This document shows, piece by piece, positions 1 through 9,716 of a stretch of 64,000 nucleotides of DNA. The DNA lies in contig CAWCFX010000006.1 of the NCBI GenBank assembly GCA_963795085.1, forward strand, positions 640,001 to 704,000, in the 5' to 3' direction. The notes beneath the pieces are model-generated. The model was not told where the DNA came from and made no database searches. It was given only the letters and a program-made list of their open reading frames with translations. A program made the translations under genes and the position numbers. This stretch comes from an uncultured Gemmatimonadales bacterium (GTDB lineage: Bacteria > Gemmatimonadota > Gemmatimonadetes > Gemmatimonadales > GWC2-71-9). Every line of letters begins with the position of its first letter. The first letter of the stretch is position 1.

Positions 1-74
1 GTGCAGCCGGCCAGCAGCGCCATGAATCCAACAAGATACCGGCGCACCGGATGCGCCCGCCGAATGGTCGTCAT
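1..74 (-). CDS. 5' end of a lipoprotein (partial, runs off the window), probable partner of the TonB-dependent receptor
   Basis: ATG at 74 overlaps the receptor TAA (TAATG). It translates as MTTIRRAHPVRRYLVGFMALLAGC, which ends in a LAGC lipobox. Confidence 0.75.
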   Translation of the reverse strand, partial: MTTIRRAHPVRRYLVGFMALLAGC

Positions 75-3000
75 TAGTAGTCCACCTTGAGTCCGAGTCT
101 CACGATCCGGGGTTCGCCCCGGCGTGCCAGCAGGGTTCCGAAACCGGGATTGGCCACCAGCGGAACCGTCACATTGCCTCCCACCGAGGTCAGCGGTTGC
201 GCCGGGTCCACCAGGTACACGGCCCGGTCCACGATCCCGGTCTCGCTGGAGACGACGTTGAACGCATCCACCATGATCCGCAGTTGGCTGCCCATCACCC
301 GGAAGGGCAGCCGGACGCCCAGCCGTACGTCGAGCCCGTGCACCCCGCCTTCCCGGCAGCTGTTGCGCTCGACGAATTCGCCGGCCTGGCTGGCCAGGCA
401 GCCGTGGCCGGAAAGCAGGTCCGAAGTACCGGCGATGGCGTTGTCGATGAAGGCCGGGTCGTTCTCGCCCGATCCATCGCCGTTCATGTCCACGCCCGAC
501 CGGAAGCCCGGGGTAAAGGCCAGCCCCGACCGGTACCGGTAGCGCACCCCGAGCTCCAGCCCCTGCCGCCCCGGAAAACTGTAGGTCGAAAGCACCGCGA
601 GTCGGTGAGGAATGTCCAGGTCGCTCCGCCCCTCGACCCATTCGCTGGAGGTCGGGTCCTCGGGGAACGGGCTCAGCTGGTCTGCCGGGTCGCCAGTCCG
701 CCCCAGGACCCAGTTGTCGGTGGTCCGGCTGTAGGTGTAGGAGGCCCGGAACGACAACCCGCGCTCGGCCCGGCGCACGATGGCGGCCGTGACCCCGTAG
801 TAATCGGAAAACCCGCTGGAGACGAGGCCGCTTACCAGGTCGAAGCCGCTGAAGCGCCGGTTGGACCCCGGGTCCGCCGTGATCAGGCCGCCCTGCTTCA
901 CCAGCGTCCCGTAGATGGCGCGCCCCTCCTGGGTCTGGCCGGTGGCGGAAGGCAGCCGGTTCAGGTCCAGCCGGCGAGGCAGGTAGTCGGTATGGTGGTA
1001 GGAGCCGGAGACCTCCACCGCGAGACCGCCGCCGAACGCGTGACTGAGGGCCAGGTCCCACTTGGCGGTACGGGGATCCTGGTACTCGTCGTCGAATATC
1101 GTCAGGCGGGGACCCACCACCGGGGCTTCGGTGCTGTCCGGTGCCACCGGCCAGTTGATGAAGGTGCCGGTGCCCCGGCGGACCACCGCGTCGCCGTCGA
1201 AGAGGGTCGCCTCGCTGAAGAGGCCCAGGTCCATGCGGCCGTAGTAGAGTCCGCCGCCGCCCCGGAGCACCCATTCTCCCCGGTTCTGAACATCCCAGGA
1301 GAATCCCACCCGCGGCGCGAAATTGTTGCCGTCTTTGGGACTGGTCTCGTACCGCAGGCCTGACGTGGTCACCCAGGTGTCGTTCAGCTCGATCTTGTTG
1401 GCGGGCAGGCCCTGCTTGTCATAGCGGACGCCGAGCTGGAGCTGGAACGCCGGGCTCACGGACCACAGGTCCTGGACGAAGGCCTCGAGGTTGCTGGCCG
1501 AAATATCCGCGGCCCCCGGCGAGATCACCTGGAAAAACGTCCCCTCGGCATCGGCAAAACCGTCGAGGTCGCCGAAGCGGTATATCCCCCGGCGTCCGTA
1601 GGCGTAGTCCTGGTTCCACTTGTTGAAAGAAAGCCCCACCCCGACCTTGATCCGGTGGCTCCGGCGGGCGAACTGCAGGGTGTTATTGATATCGAAGGCC
1701 CGCTGGTCGAACTCGGCCGGGCCGGCATCGTCCGACCCGATCGCCGCTCCCTCGCTCACCAGGAAGGTGGTGGGGATCAGGCTGGTCGTCCAATCCCGCT
1801 TGCTGAGCCGCACCCCGAGCCGGAATTCGTTGGCGGTCTGCGTCCAGGACGAGTTAAGCCCGATGGCGCCGCTGATGTCCCGGGCATCCAGCATGGTGCC
1901 GGCGCCGGACAGAATGGAGTGGCCCAGTTGGGCGTCTTTCTCATTCCACTTCGCGACCCCCACCCTGGCGAAGAGGCCGAGGCTACTCGAAAGCCTCCAG
2001 TCCACCCGGCCGAACCCGTTGAAGCCGCGCCAGGTGCGGACGGTCGGCGTGATGAACGGGCTGACGTCGGCGCCGAAGGAATCAGCGGCGATGACCGGCA
2101 GCGCCTCCCGGAGCGATACGGGACCACCGTCGAACAACGCGGAATCCCGCTCCCAGGGATTGGCGGTGGGCCGTTCCAGGGACTGGTAGTTGAAGCCGAG
2201 GACGAACTGCGCCGTGTCCTTGACCAGGGAACCGCTGAGGACGGCCCCCGCCTGGATCGAGTTGGCGGAGAGGTCGGCGGGGTTGTCTTCGCTCTTGCCG
2301 CCCAGACTGCTCCCGCTGTAGCTGAGATAGGGATTGAGTGAAAGCCTCGCCGAACCCACCCGGGAAGTCGCGGCAAGCAGGCTGCCAGGAACGCCATCCC
2401 ACTCGGAATCGAATCCGTTCTCCAGGGCAGTGACCCCGCTCAGCGAGTTCCGCGAGAAGAGCGGCGCCTCGGCCGGTTCGCCGGGGATCCCCGGATGGCG
2501 AAGCAGGTTCTGTTCGACCGCATCGACGTAGAGCCGGCTGAAGGCGGGGGGCAAACCGCCTCCGGCGATGCCGTACCCGATCCGTCCATCGCCAGGGTAG
2601 GCCACGCTGGAGAGGTCGCGGGACACGCCGGTGACATCCTGCTGGTAGTCGAAGTCCTGCAGGTGCCGGCCGGCGACCTCCTCGCCCACGTGGCGGCCCC
2701 GGGCCAGCGACGAGCGGGACTCGGCCGGCACATCCACGATGGTCTCCACCGGGGGAGGCTTCCGTTCCAGTGCGAAGGTGACCAGCGCTTCCTCGCCGGC
2801 GCGCACCTGGATACCGTTCTGCCGCACCGGCTGGTATCCGGCCTGTTCGGCGAGCACCGAATAGGAGCCCGGTATCACCAGGCCCAGGTTGAAGCCGCCG
2901 CGCCGGTCCGCCGTGAACGAGACCTGGTTCCCCGTGGCCTGGTTGGTGACCGTGACCCGGGCCCCGATGATCGCCGTGCCGTCAGCCGCTCGGATCTGGC

Positions 3001-3124
3001 CCCGCAGGGACCCGGACATGAGGCTCTGGGCGTGAAGCGGCCGGGCCACCATCGCCAGCCCCGCCACGCCGCACACCATGAGGAGATACCTGACTCGAGC
3101 GCTCACGCGTCCGAAGAGGGGCAT
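74..3124 (-). CDS. TonB-dependent receptor (Oar-like) with N-terminal carboxypeptidase-regulatory-like domain
   Basis: Signal peptide, GSLRGQIR...GARVTVTN domain, barrel motifs (FVQDLW, LGVRYD, NFAPRVGFSWD) and a C-terminal aromatic residue. Start moved to ATG 3124, which has GGAAAGG upstream. Confidence 0.9.
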   Translation of the reverse strand: MPLFGRVSARVRYLLMVCGVAGLAMVARPLHAQSLMSGSLRGQIRAADGTAIIGARVTVTNQATGNQVSFTADRRGGFNLGLVIPGSYSVLAEQAGYQPVRQNGIQVRAGEEALVTFALERKPPPVETIVDVPAESRSSLARGRHVGEEVAGRHLQDFDYQQDVTGVSRDLSSVAYPGDGRIGYGIAGGGLPPAFSRLYVDAVEQNLLRHPGIPGEPAEAPLFSRNSLSGVTALENGFDSEWDGVPGSLLAATSRVGSARLSLNPYLSYSGSSLGGKSEDNPADLSANSIQAGAVLSGSLVKDTAQFVLGFNYQSLERPTANPWERDSALFDGGPVSLREALPVIAADSFGADVSPFITPTVRTWRGFNGFGRVDWRLSSSLGLFARVGVAKWNEKDAQLGHSILSGAGTMLDARDISGAIGLNSSWTQTANEFRLGVRLSKRDWTTSLIPTTFLVSEGAAIGSDDAGPAEFDQRAFDINNTLQFARRSHRIKVGVGLSFNKWNQDYAYGRRGIYRFGDLDGFADAEGTFFQVISPGAADISASNLEAFVQDLWSVSPAFQLQLGVRYDKQGLPANKIELNDTWVTTSGLRYETSPKDGNNFAPRVGFSWDVQNRGEWVLRGGGGLYYGRMDLGLFSEATLFDGDAVVRRGTGTFINWPVAPDSTEAPVVGPRLTIFDDEYQDPRTAKWDLALSHAFGGGLAVEVSGSYHHTDYLPRRLDLNRLPSATGQTQEGRAIYGTLVKQGGLITADPGSNRRFSGFDLVSGLVSSGFSDYYGVTAAIVRRAERGLSFRASYTYSRTTDNWVLGRTGDPADQLSPFPEDPTSSEWVEGRSDLDIPHRLAVLSTYSFPGRQGLELGVRYRYRSGLAFTPGFRSGVDMNGDGSGENDPAFIDNAIAGTSDLLSGHGCLASQAGEFVERNSCREGGVHGLDVRLGVRLPFRVMGSQLRIMVDAFNVVSSETGIVDRAVYLVDPAQPLTSVGGNVTVPLVANPGFGTLLARRGEPRIVRLGLKVDY

Positions 3125-3178
3125 AGCCTTTCCAATCTGTGGAGGGGAAACCGAGCCACCATGTGGTGCCGGGGCCAG

Positions 3179-3194
3179 TGCAGTTAAGATGCCA
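3179..3194 (-). promoter_or_regulatory. Putative sigma54 (-24/-12) promoter of the TonB-dependent receptor operon
   Basis: The minus strand reads TGGCATCTTAACTGCA, with exact GG-N10-GC spacing, about 55 nt upstream of ATG 3124. Confidence 0.55.
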
Positions 3195-3264
3195 CACAGC
3201 AATATAATCCGCCATTGTGGCTATTGGGTTTAGGCGGGCTACCGGAGGCTGAACGGGGCGACCT

Positions 3265-4491
3265 GTGGCATTGACTCAACAACGCAAAGTGGGACTCCTC
3301 CTGGCGGCCTCCGGGTGGCTCTTCATCTTCTTGCTCACCCTGTATCCCACGCCGGATCAGATCGTTACCGCCGACGCCACCAGCGTGTGGTGCCTGGTCT
3401 GCGGTGACCTTGGCCTGGTGGACGTTACCCTCAACGTCCTCCTGTTTGTTCCGCTCGGGCTCGGACTCGGGCTGCTCGGCGTCTCCCGGTTCCGGGCCTT
3501 GCTGACGGTTGGCCTGACGACACTGACCGTCGAAGTCCTCCAGCTGAGCGTCGTGGCAGGCCGGGATGCGAGCCTGAGCGACCTGGTAACCAACTGCGCC
3601 GGCGGGACCGCCGGCTTGCTCCTCGGCCTCTATTGGCGGCGGCTGCTGCTGCTTCCTCCCCGCGCGGCACTCCTGCTGGGATGGACGGGCGCCGCGGCGT
3701 GGTTGCTGGTGCAGGCGTTTACCGGCTTTGCCCTGCAGCGAACCCTTCCCCGAAGCGTGTACTACGGCCAGTGGTCTCCCACCCTGGCGCAGTTCGATGT
3801 GTTCACTGGCCGGGTGGTCTCGGTGCGGCTGGATTCGATGCCGCTGCCGGGAAATCGCCTGGCAGCCAGCGACCGGGTGCGATCCGCGCTGCTTGCCCCG
3901 ACCAGCGTGCTGGAAGTCCGGGCGCTGGCCGGCCGGCCCACGCTGGAACTCGCCCCCATCTTCAGCATCTTCGACGACCGGCAGCGGGAAGTCGTGCTGG
4001 TGGGACAGGACGGCCGGGACCTGGTGTTCCGGGTGCGGACGCGGACGGGGCCGCTGGGGCTGCGCAGCCCGGCGCTCCGGCTGGCGGGCGCCCTCCCCGG
4101 AGAGCCCGGAGCGCGGCTGGAACTGCGGGCGCGCTACACGCCGGGCCACTACCAGCTGGAGGCCGAGATCGGCGAAACCGAGCATCGGCGGGAACTGGCG
4201 CTGAGCGCGAGCTGGGGGTGGACCTTTCTGCTGCCGTTCGACCATGCCTTCGGGGCGGAGATGCCCTGGCTGACGATGTTGTGGGTCGGCGGACTGCTGC
4301 TGCCGGTCGGGTACTACGCCGGCCGGGGGCGGATGCCGCCGCGGACCGCGACACTGGGCCTGCTGGTGATCCTGTCCGCCGGACTCGTGGTGATTCCGGC
4401 GCTGGCCCATCTCGCGCTGGTGCATCCGCTGGAGTGGATCGCTGGGGTCGTGGGTCCGGCGGCAGGGTTCCGGATGGGTAGAGCGCCGTGA
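3265..4491 (+). CDS. VanZ-family membrane protein with extended periplasmic/C-terminal region
   Basis: NVLLFVPLG and EVLQ...GRDASLSDLVTN VanZ motifs; several TM helices. Confidence 0.8.
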   Translation: MALTQQRKVGLLLAASGWLFIFLLTLYPTPDQIVTADATSVWCLVCGDLGLVDVTLNVLLFVPLGLGLGLLGVSRFRALLTVGLTTLTVEVLQLSVVAGRDASLSDLVTNCAGGTAGLLLGLYWRRLLLLPPRAALLLGWTGAAAWLLVQAFTGFALQRTLPRSVYYGQWSPTLAQFDVFTGRVVSVRLDSMPLPGNRLAASDRVRSALLAPTSVLEVRALAGRPTLELAPIFSIFDDRQREVVLVGQDGRDLVFRVRTRTGPLGLRSPALRLAGALPGEPGARLELRARYTPGHYQLEAEIGETEHRRELALSASWGWTFLLPFDHAFGAEMPWLTMLWVGGLLLPVGYYAGRGRMPPRTATLGLLVILSAGLVVIPALAHLALVHPLEWIAGVVGPAAGFRMGRAP

Positions 4492-4554
4492 CACCCGCGC
4501 ACCATCGTGGCGGCCGCCTGTCCGCCCGATCCATTACCCCCTTAGCTTTACGCC

Positions 4555-5778
4555 ATGGCGCTTTCCTTCCGCCACCGCATCCTGCTCGTCCTTGTCCTGC
4601 TGGGCACCGTCCCCACCACGGCGGCGCTCATCGGCTGGGCGCTCACGGTCCGGGCCAACAACCCGGTGGCCGCCGGCCGGGGGGCGATCGAGCGGGTGGG
4701 GGAGTCGGGGCGGAACCTGCTGGGGAGCCTCGACACCACCCGCCTCCGCCGCAGTGAACGCGAAGCCCTGAACCGCCACAAGGCCGAGCTGAATGACGCG
4801 ATGAGCCGGGTCAACCAGGCCAGCACCTACACCCGGATCTACTCCGGGGCGCTCACCCTCCTGCTGCTCGCCTTTGGCGCGATCATTATCTATGCGTCGG
4901 TCCGGCTGGGCGGGCACCTGTCACGCCAGCTGAGCCGTCCGATGGAAGAACTGATCGGCTGGACCGGCAACATTCGAAGACACGAGCCCTTGCCCGAGGA
5001 CCAGCCGCGCCGGGGCGCCCCCGAGTTCGCCGCCCTGCGCACCGCCCTCCGCGAAATGGCCTCCAACCTGGAACAGGGCCGGGCCCGCGAACTGGAGGCG
5101 GAACGGCTTCGCACCTTCCGGGAGATCGCCCGCCGGGTGGCCCACGAAATGAAGAACCCGCTCACGCCGATCCGGTTCGCCATCGCGCAGCTCAAGCGGG
5201 ATGCCGCGCCCCATCATGCCGAAAGCCTGGACGTGATTGCCAGCGAAGCGGCCCGGCTGGAGCAGCTGGCCCGTGAATTCACCGACTTTGGACGGCTTCC
5301 GGAGGGTCCGGCGGCAGACGTGGACCTGGCCGAGCTGCTGGAAGAACTGACCCGGACCTCGCTGCCGGAGGGGGTGAGCGCACGGCTGACCATCGCGCCG
5401 GGGTCTCACACGGTCACCGGCCACTACGATCCGCTCCGCCGCGCCCTGGGCAACATCCTCCGGAACGCGGTCGAGGCGATGGACGGGCGGGGCCATCTCG
5501 AACTGGCGACCGGCGAGCGGGACGGGGGTGTGGTGGTCTCGGTGGCCGATCACGGGCCGGGCATTCTTCCCGAGGGGCGGGAGCATCTCTTCCAGCCATA
5601 CTACACCAGCAAGGCTGACGGCACCGGCCTGGGGCTCACCCTGGCGCAGCAGGCGGTGGAAGCGCACGGCGGCTCGATCCGGGTCCGGGACACGCCCGGC
5701 GGCGGCGCCACCTTCGAACTCTGGTTTCCGCAGGGCCCGGTGCCTCGAGGCACCCCCGCCGGGCTGGCCCCCTCGTGA
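4555..5778 (+). CDS. HAMP-containing sensor histidine kinase (NtrY-like)
   Basis: Two TM helices, H-box AHEMKNPLTPI, N-box NILRNAVEA, and G-boxes DHGPG and GTGLGL. Confidence 0.92.
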   Translation: MALSFRHRILLVLVLLGTVPTTAALIGWALTVRANNPVAAGRGAIERVGESGRNLLGSLDTTRLRRSEREALNRHKAELNDAMSRVNQASTYTRIYSGALTLLLLAFGAIIIYASVRLGGHLSRQLSRPMEELIGWTGNIRRHEPLPEDQPRRGAPEFAALRTALREMASNLEQGRARELEAERLRTFREIARRVAHEMKNPLTPIRFAIAQLKRDAAPHHAESLDVIASEAARLEQLAREFTDFGRLPEGPAADVDLAELLEELTRTSLPEGVSARLTIAPGSHTVTGHYDPLRRALGNILRNAVEAMDGRGHLELATGERDGGVVVSVADHGPGILPEGREHLFQPYYTSKADGTGLGLTLAQQAVEAHGGSIRVRDTPGGGATFELWFPQGPVPRGTPAGLAPS

Positions 5779-7154
5779 CGGACCGGGTGCTCATCGTGGA
5801 CGACGAGGCCAACATCCGCCGGATGCTGGCGGCCCTGCTTCGCGCCGAAGGATACGAAGCCCTCGAGGCGGCCGGCGGGAACGCGGCGTTGCTGGCGGTG
5901 CAGCTGGGGGAGCCGGACGCGATCTTCCTGGACCTGCTGATGCCGCCGGGGCCCACCGGGCTGGAAACCCTGGCCGCCCTCCGGGAACGCCAGGTGGATT
6001 CGGCGGTCATCATGATGAGCGGCAAGGCCCAGCTCTCCGATGCGGTGCGGGCCACCCAGCTGGGCGCCTTTCAGTTCCTGGAGAAACCGCTGGGGCCGGA
6101 ATCGGTGCTGGTCACCCTGCGCAGCGCGCTCGAGTTCCAGCGTACCCGGGTGGAGAATCGCAGCCTGCGGGCGGCCATGGCTCCCCAGGGCGAACTGGTG
6201 GGCGAGAGCCGGGCGCTCAACGAGGTACGCAGCCAGATCGCCCAGGTGGCGCCCACCGAGGCCCGGGTACTGATCACCGGGGAATCGGGAACCGGGAAGG
6301 AGCTGGTGGCCGCCGCGATCCACGCGGGGAGCCGGCGGGCGGGCAAGGCGTTCATCCCGGTCAACTGCGCTGCCCTGCCCCGCGACCTGGTCGAATCCGA
6401 AATGTTCGGACACGAGCGGGGCGCCTTTACCGGTGCCACCGAGCGGCGGATCGGCCGGTTTGAACTGGCCAGCGGCGGCACCCTCTTTCTCGACGAGATC
6501 GGCGACTTGAGCCTGGAGGCGCAGGCCAAGCTGCTGCGGACCCTGGAGACGGGAGAGTTGCAGCGCCTCGGCGCCGAGACGTCCACCCGGGTCAACGTCC
6601 GCCTGGTGGCGGCAACCAACCGGAATCTGGAACAGGCGGTCGCCAGTGGCGGTTTCCGCGAGGATCTCTATTTCAGGGTCAACGTGTTTCCCATTGCCCT
6701 GCCGCCGCTCCGCGAACGACTGGACGACCTGCCCCTGCTGGTCCGGCACTTCGCCCGCCGGCTGCATCCACGCAACCCGCCGGCCTTTACCAACGACGCG
6801 CTGAGCCGGATGGCCATGCACCGCTGGCCGGGCAACGTCCGGGAGCTGGCCAACCTGGTCGAGCGGCTGGCCATCATGGGCAAGAACCCGGTCGACGAGG
6901 AAGACGTACGGCAGATGATTCCGGCCCGGCCGGAGGCGCCCGATACCGGCGGCGGGAGCCCGATCCCGGGGCTCTCCGGGGCGCTGGAGGAGTATGAGCG
7001 GGGGCTCATCGGCGCCGCCCTGCAGAAGTCGGCCGGGAACATCGCGGAAGCGGCCCGCCTGCTCCAGACCGACCGGGCTAACCTCTATCGCCGGATGCGC
7101 CGGCTGGGGCTCCGGGATGATCACCCTCAGAAGGACCCGCGGGAGACGGCATGA
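5775..7154 (+). CDS. Sigma54-dependent response regulator (NtrC/NtrX family)
   Basis: REC domain, Walker A GESGTGKE, GAFTGA, Walker B LFLDEIG and a C-terminal Fis-type HTH. GTGA overlap with the kinase gene. Confidence 0.95.
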   Translation: MTDRVLIVDDEANIRRMLAALLRAEGYEALEAAGGNAALLAVQLGEPDAIFLDLLMPPGPTGLETLAALRERQVDSAVIMMSGKAQLSDAVRATQLGAFQFLEKPLGPESVLVTLRSALEFQRTRVENRSLRAAMAPQGELVGESRALNEVRSQIAQVAPTEARVLITGESGTGKELVAAAIHAGSRRAGKAFIPVNCAALPRDLVESEMFGHERGAFTGATERRIGRFELASGGTLFLDEIGDLSLEAQAKLLRTLETGELQRLGAETSTRVNVRLVAATNRNLEQAVASGGFREDLYFRVNVFPIALPPLRERLDDLPLLVRHFARRLHPRNPPAFTNDALSRMAMHRWPGNVRELANLVERLAIMGKNPVDEEDVRQMIPARPEAPDTGGGSPIPGLSGALEEYERGLIGAALQKSAGNIAEAARLLQTDRANLYRRMRRLGLRDDHPQKDPRETA

Positions 7155-8878
7155 AACGGTTGCTCTTCGCCCTGCTCCTGGCCGCCGCGCCGGCCCTGGC
7201 GGCGCAGGACAGCGTCATCGTGATCGACCCGGACGCGGCGCCGGATTCCACCGAGCGCCAGGCGATGCCGGAGACCCTGCTGCGGGAGTTGCTCGCCACC
7301 TATAACAGCGCCGCCACCACCCGGTTCTGGGGCGACGTGGACCTGCGGGCGGGGAGCCGGATCACCGGTACCATCGCGGTGTATCGCGGATCGGTGCGGC
7401 TCGCGGGCACGGTCGAGGGCTCCCTGACGATCATCAACGGCAGCCTCCTGATGCTGCCCGGCTCCGCCGTGACCGGCAACGTGCTGGTGGTCGGCGGCCG
7501 CCTGACGGTGAGTGAGGGCGCCTCCATCGGCGGGCGCCGCGAGGAGTACTGGGACGCCGCGCCGCTGGTGCGGGGACTGGATGGAATGCTGGTCCAGCGG
7601 GAGCGGCGGCGGTTCCCCGACCTGGCCACGGCCCGCCGCAGCTTCGAAACCGGGCGGCTCCGCGCCACCATCCTCCTGGGCACCGAAGGGACCTACAACC
7701 GGGTAGAAGGCCTGCCCATCGTCTTTGGCCCCCAGCTGGAATACCGGTTCAGCGACCAGGTGAGCGGCCGGCTGGATGGGCGAGGCATCCTGCGGACCGC
7801 CGCGGACGATGACCAGCTCCGGGAAGATTTCGGCTATGCGGGAAGAGCGGAGTTCCGGATCAACGGCTCGCGGGGGACCGGACTGGGCATCCGGGGCTAC
7901 AGTATCATCAACCCCATCGAGGACCACCCGTTCGCCCGGGACGAGGTCGGCTGGTCGGCTTTTCTCTTCCAGCGCGACCAGCGGGACTATTTCCTGAAGA
8001 AAGGAGTGGCCGCCTACCTCTACACCTACCCGGCCGCGACCCTCCGGCTGGAAGCCTCGCTGCGCCATGACAAGGAACAGTCCACCCGTGCCAATGATCC
8101 CTGGTCGCTGTTCCGGAACAGCGACCGCTGGCGGCCCAACCCGCTGATCGACGACGGCCACTATACCACCGCCGCGCTGGCGATCGAACTCGATACCCGG
8201 AACGACCGGACCACCCCCGCGTCCGGCTGGTGGCTGGAGACCCTGGCGGAACGCAGCTGGAGCAACGACGTGGCCCCGGTGGCGCTCCCGGCCTCGGTTC
8301 GGCCGGCCATTCCCACCGCCGGCGACTACGCCTTCAACCGGCTGACCTTCGACCTTCGCCGCTACAACCGGATCGCCGCCAACCTCCGGATGAGCGCCCG
8401 GCTCATGGGATCCGGCCACCTCGGCGGGGACCCCCTGCCCGTCCAGCGGCGGGTGTCCCTGGGCGGGCCCGACCTCATGCCGGGCTACGATTTCCGGGCG
8501 ATCTCCTGCGCGCCGGACGGATTTCGGGATGCGGCCCTGCCGGCCCTGTGCGACCGCATGCTGCTGGCCCAGGTGGAATTCCGGACCCGGCTGGACCTGG
8601 GACTCGGCTACCGCTACCGGGACGAATCGCGCCAGGAAGTGGACCGCTTTATCGGGTTCGACCAGGCCGACCTGGTGGTGTTTCTCGATGGCGGGAAGGG
8701 ATGGCTCACCGGGAACGGACCGGGACGGGTTCCGGATGACCGGGTCCCTTCGCTCAGGGAATGGAAGGCCGACATCGGGGTGGGCCTGGATACCGGCGGC
8801 CTGGGGGTCTACGTGGCCCGCGCGCTTACCGATGGACAGCCTCTCCGGGTGAGCCTCCGACTCCAGCGCCGGTTCTGA
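7151..8878 (+). CDS. Outer-membrane beta-barrel protein (BamA/TamA-like C-terminus) with N-terminal bactofilin-like beta-helix repeats
   Basis: Signal peptide, repeated G-x-V/I-x-V segments, YNRVEGL, SLGGPDLMPGYDF (resembling the Omp85 VRGY loop) and a terminal Phe. Confidence 0.7.
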   Translation: MKRLLFALLLAAAPALAAQDSVIVIDPDAAPDSTERQAMPETLLRELLATYNSAATTRFWGDVDLRAGSRITGTIAVYRGSVRLAGTVEGSLTIINGSLLMLPGSAVTGNVLVVGGRLTVSEGASIGGRREEYWDAAPLVRGLDGMLVQRERRRFPDLATARRSFETGRLRATILLGTEGTYNRVEGLPIVFGPQLEYRFSDQVSGRLDGRGILRTAADDDQLREDFGYAGRAEFRINGSRGTGLGIRGYSIINPIEDHPFARDEVGWSAFLFQRDQRDYFLKKGVAAYLYTYPAATLRLEASLRHDKEQSTRANDPWSLFRNSDRWRPNPLIDDGHYTTAALAIELDTRNDRTTPASGWWLETLAERSWSNDVAPVALPASVRPAIPTAGDYAFNRLTFDLRRYNRIAANLRMSARLMGSGHLGGDPLPVQRRVSLGGPDLMPGYDFRAISCAPDGFRDAALPALCDRMLLAQVEFRTRLDLGLGYRYRDESRQEVDRFIGFDQADLVVFLDGGKGWLTGNGPGRVPDDRVPSLREWKADIGVGLDTGGLGVYVARALTDGQPLRVSLRLQRRF

Positions 8879-8883
8879 GGACG

Positions 8884-9552
8884 ATGTCCCTCCGGACCGG
8901 CATCGCGATCCTCGCGATTCTGCTGGGGACGGCGGCCGCGGCGAAACCGCTGGACGCCCAGCAGACCCGGCAAGTCACCCTCACCGCCGGGCTGACTCCC
9001 GATACCGCCAGGACGGGACGGCGCGACCCCCAGGTCCGCACCCAGCACCTGCTCAGCGACTCCCGCCTTCTCTCCATGCTCGGGTCCGGGTTCCCGCTGC
9101 GCATGCACTACCGGGTGGAACTGTGGCGCTCCCGAAGCGGCTGGTTCGACGCCTTCGAGCGGGCGGTGGAATGGGACGTGGTGGTACGGCATGAACCGCT
9201 GCTCGACCAGTATGCGGTCACCACCCTGATGCCCGGGCGGACGCGGGAGAACCGCTACACCGGGCTGGAGGCGCTCACCCGGGCCCTCGATGGCGTCGCA
9301 TACCAGATCGCATTCCGGGTCACCGACCGGGGCGACTACTACTACAATGCCTCGCTCCAGGTCAGTACGCTCTCGGACAGCGACCTCGACGAGCTGGAAC
9401 GGTTTCTTCGGGGAGAACTGGGGCCGGCGGCCAGCGAAGGACGCAACTTCGGTGATGCGGTGGGCCGCGGCGCCACCCGGCTGCTGCTCAAGCTCGCCGG
9501 GCTGCCGAGTGTGCGGGTGGAGGGAAGGAGCGAACGGTTCAGTGTAAAGTAG
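8884..9552 (+). CDS. DUF4390-like periplasmic protein
   Basis: Signal peptide and GFPLRMHYRVELWRSRSGWFD...EPLLDQY pattern. This family typically neighbours NtrY/NtrX. Confidence 0.65.
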   Translation: MSLRTGIAILAILLGTAAAAKPLDAQQTRQVTLTAGLTPDTARTGRRDPQVRTQHLLSDSRLLSMLGSGFPLRMHYRVELWRSRSGWFDAFERAVEWDVVVRHEPLLDQYAVTTLMPGRTRENRYTGLEALTRALDGVAYQIAFRVTDRGDYYYNASLQVSTLSDSDLDELERFLRGELGPAASEGRNFGDAVGRGATRLLLKLAGLPSVRVEGRSERFSVK

Positions 9553-9716
9553 ATGGGGACGGCCCGGAACCCGGATTGGCAGCGGGCCGGCCACTCCGCA
9601 TCACGAAGGCACGGACATAAAGCCGAGTGCTAACCCCGCCTGATCCCGAAGGCAAGGACAAATCACAGTGCTTCGTGTCAGTGGCAGGGCCAGTCGCCGG
9701 TACCACGCGCGCAAGC
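9553..9716 (-). ncRNA. Putative structured non-coding RNA of unknown class, 3' of the HNH gene
   Basis: Nested complementary blocks 9571-9580/9689-9700, 9590-9595/9680-9685, 9602-9612/9668-9677 and 9634-9641/9650-9657. The inner stem pairs fully only on the minus strand (G-U wobbles). Confidence 0.5.

Noticed and set aside
3198..3214. Second sigma54-like sequence TGGCGGATTATATTGCT (minus strand)
   Set aside because: The GG to GC spacing is 11 nt instead of the strictly required 10.
9560..9700. SAM-I or cobalamin riboswitch, or tRNA/tmRNA (fragments GACTGGCCC, GCCACTG, TGCCAATCC, terminal CCCCA on the minus strand)
   Set aside because: The other core elements and a cloverleaf are missing, and the element lies between two converging 3' ends rather than in a leader.
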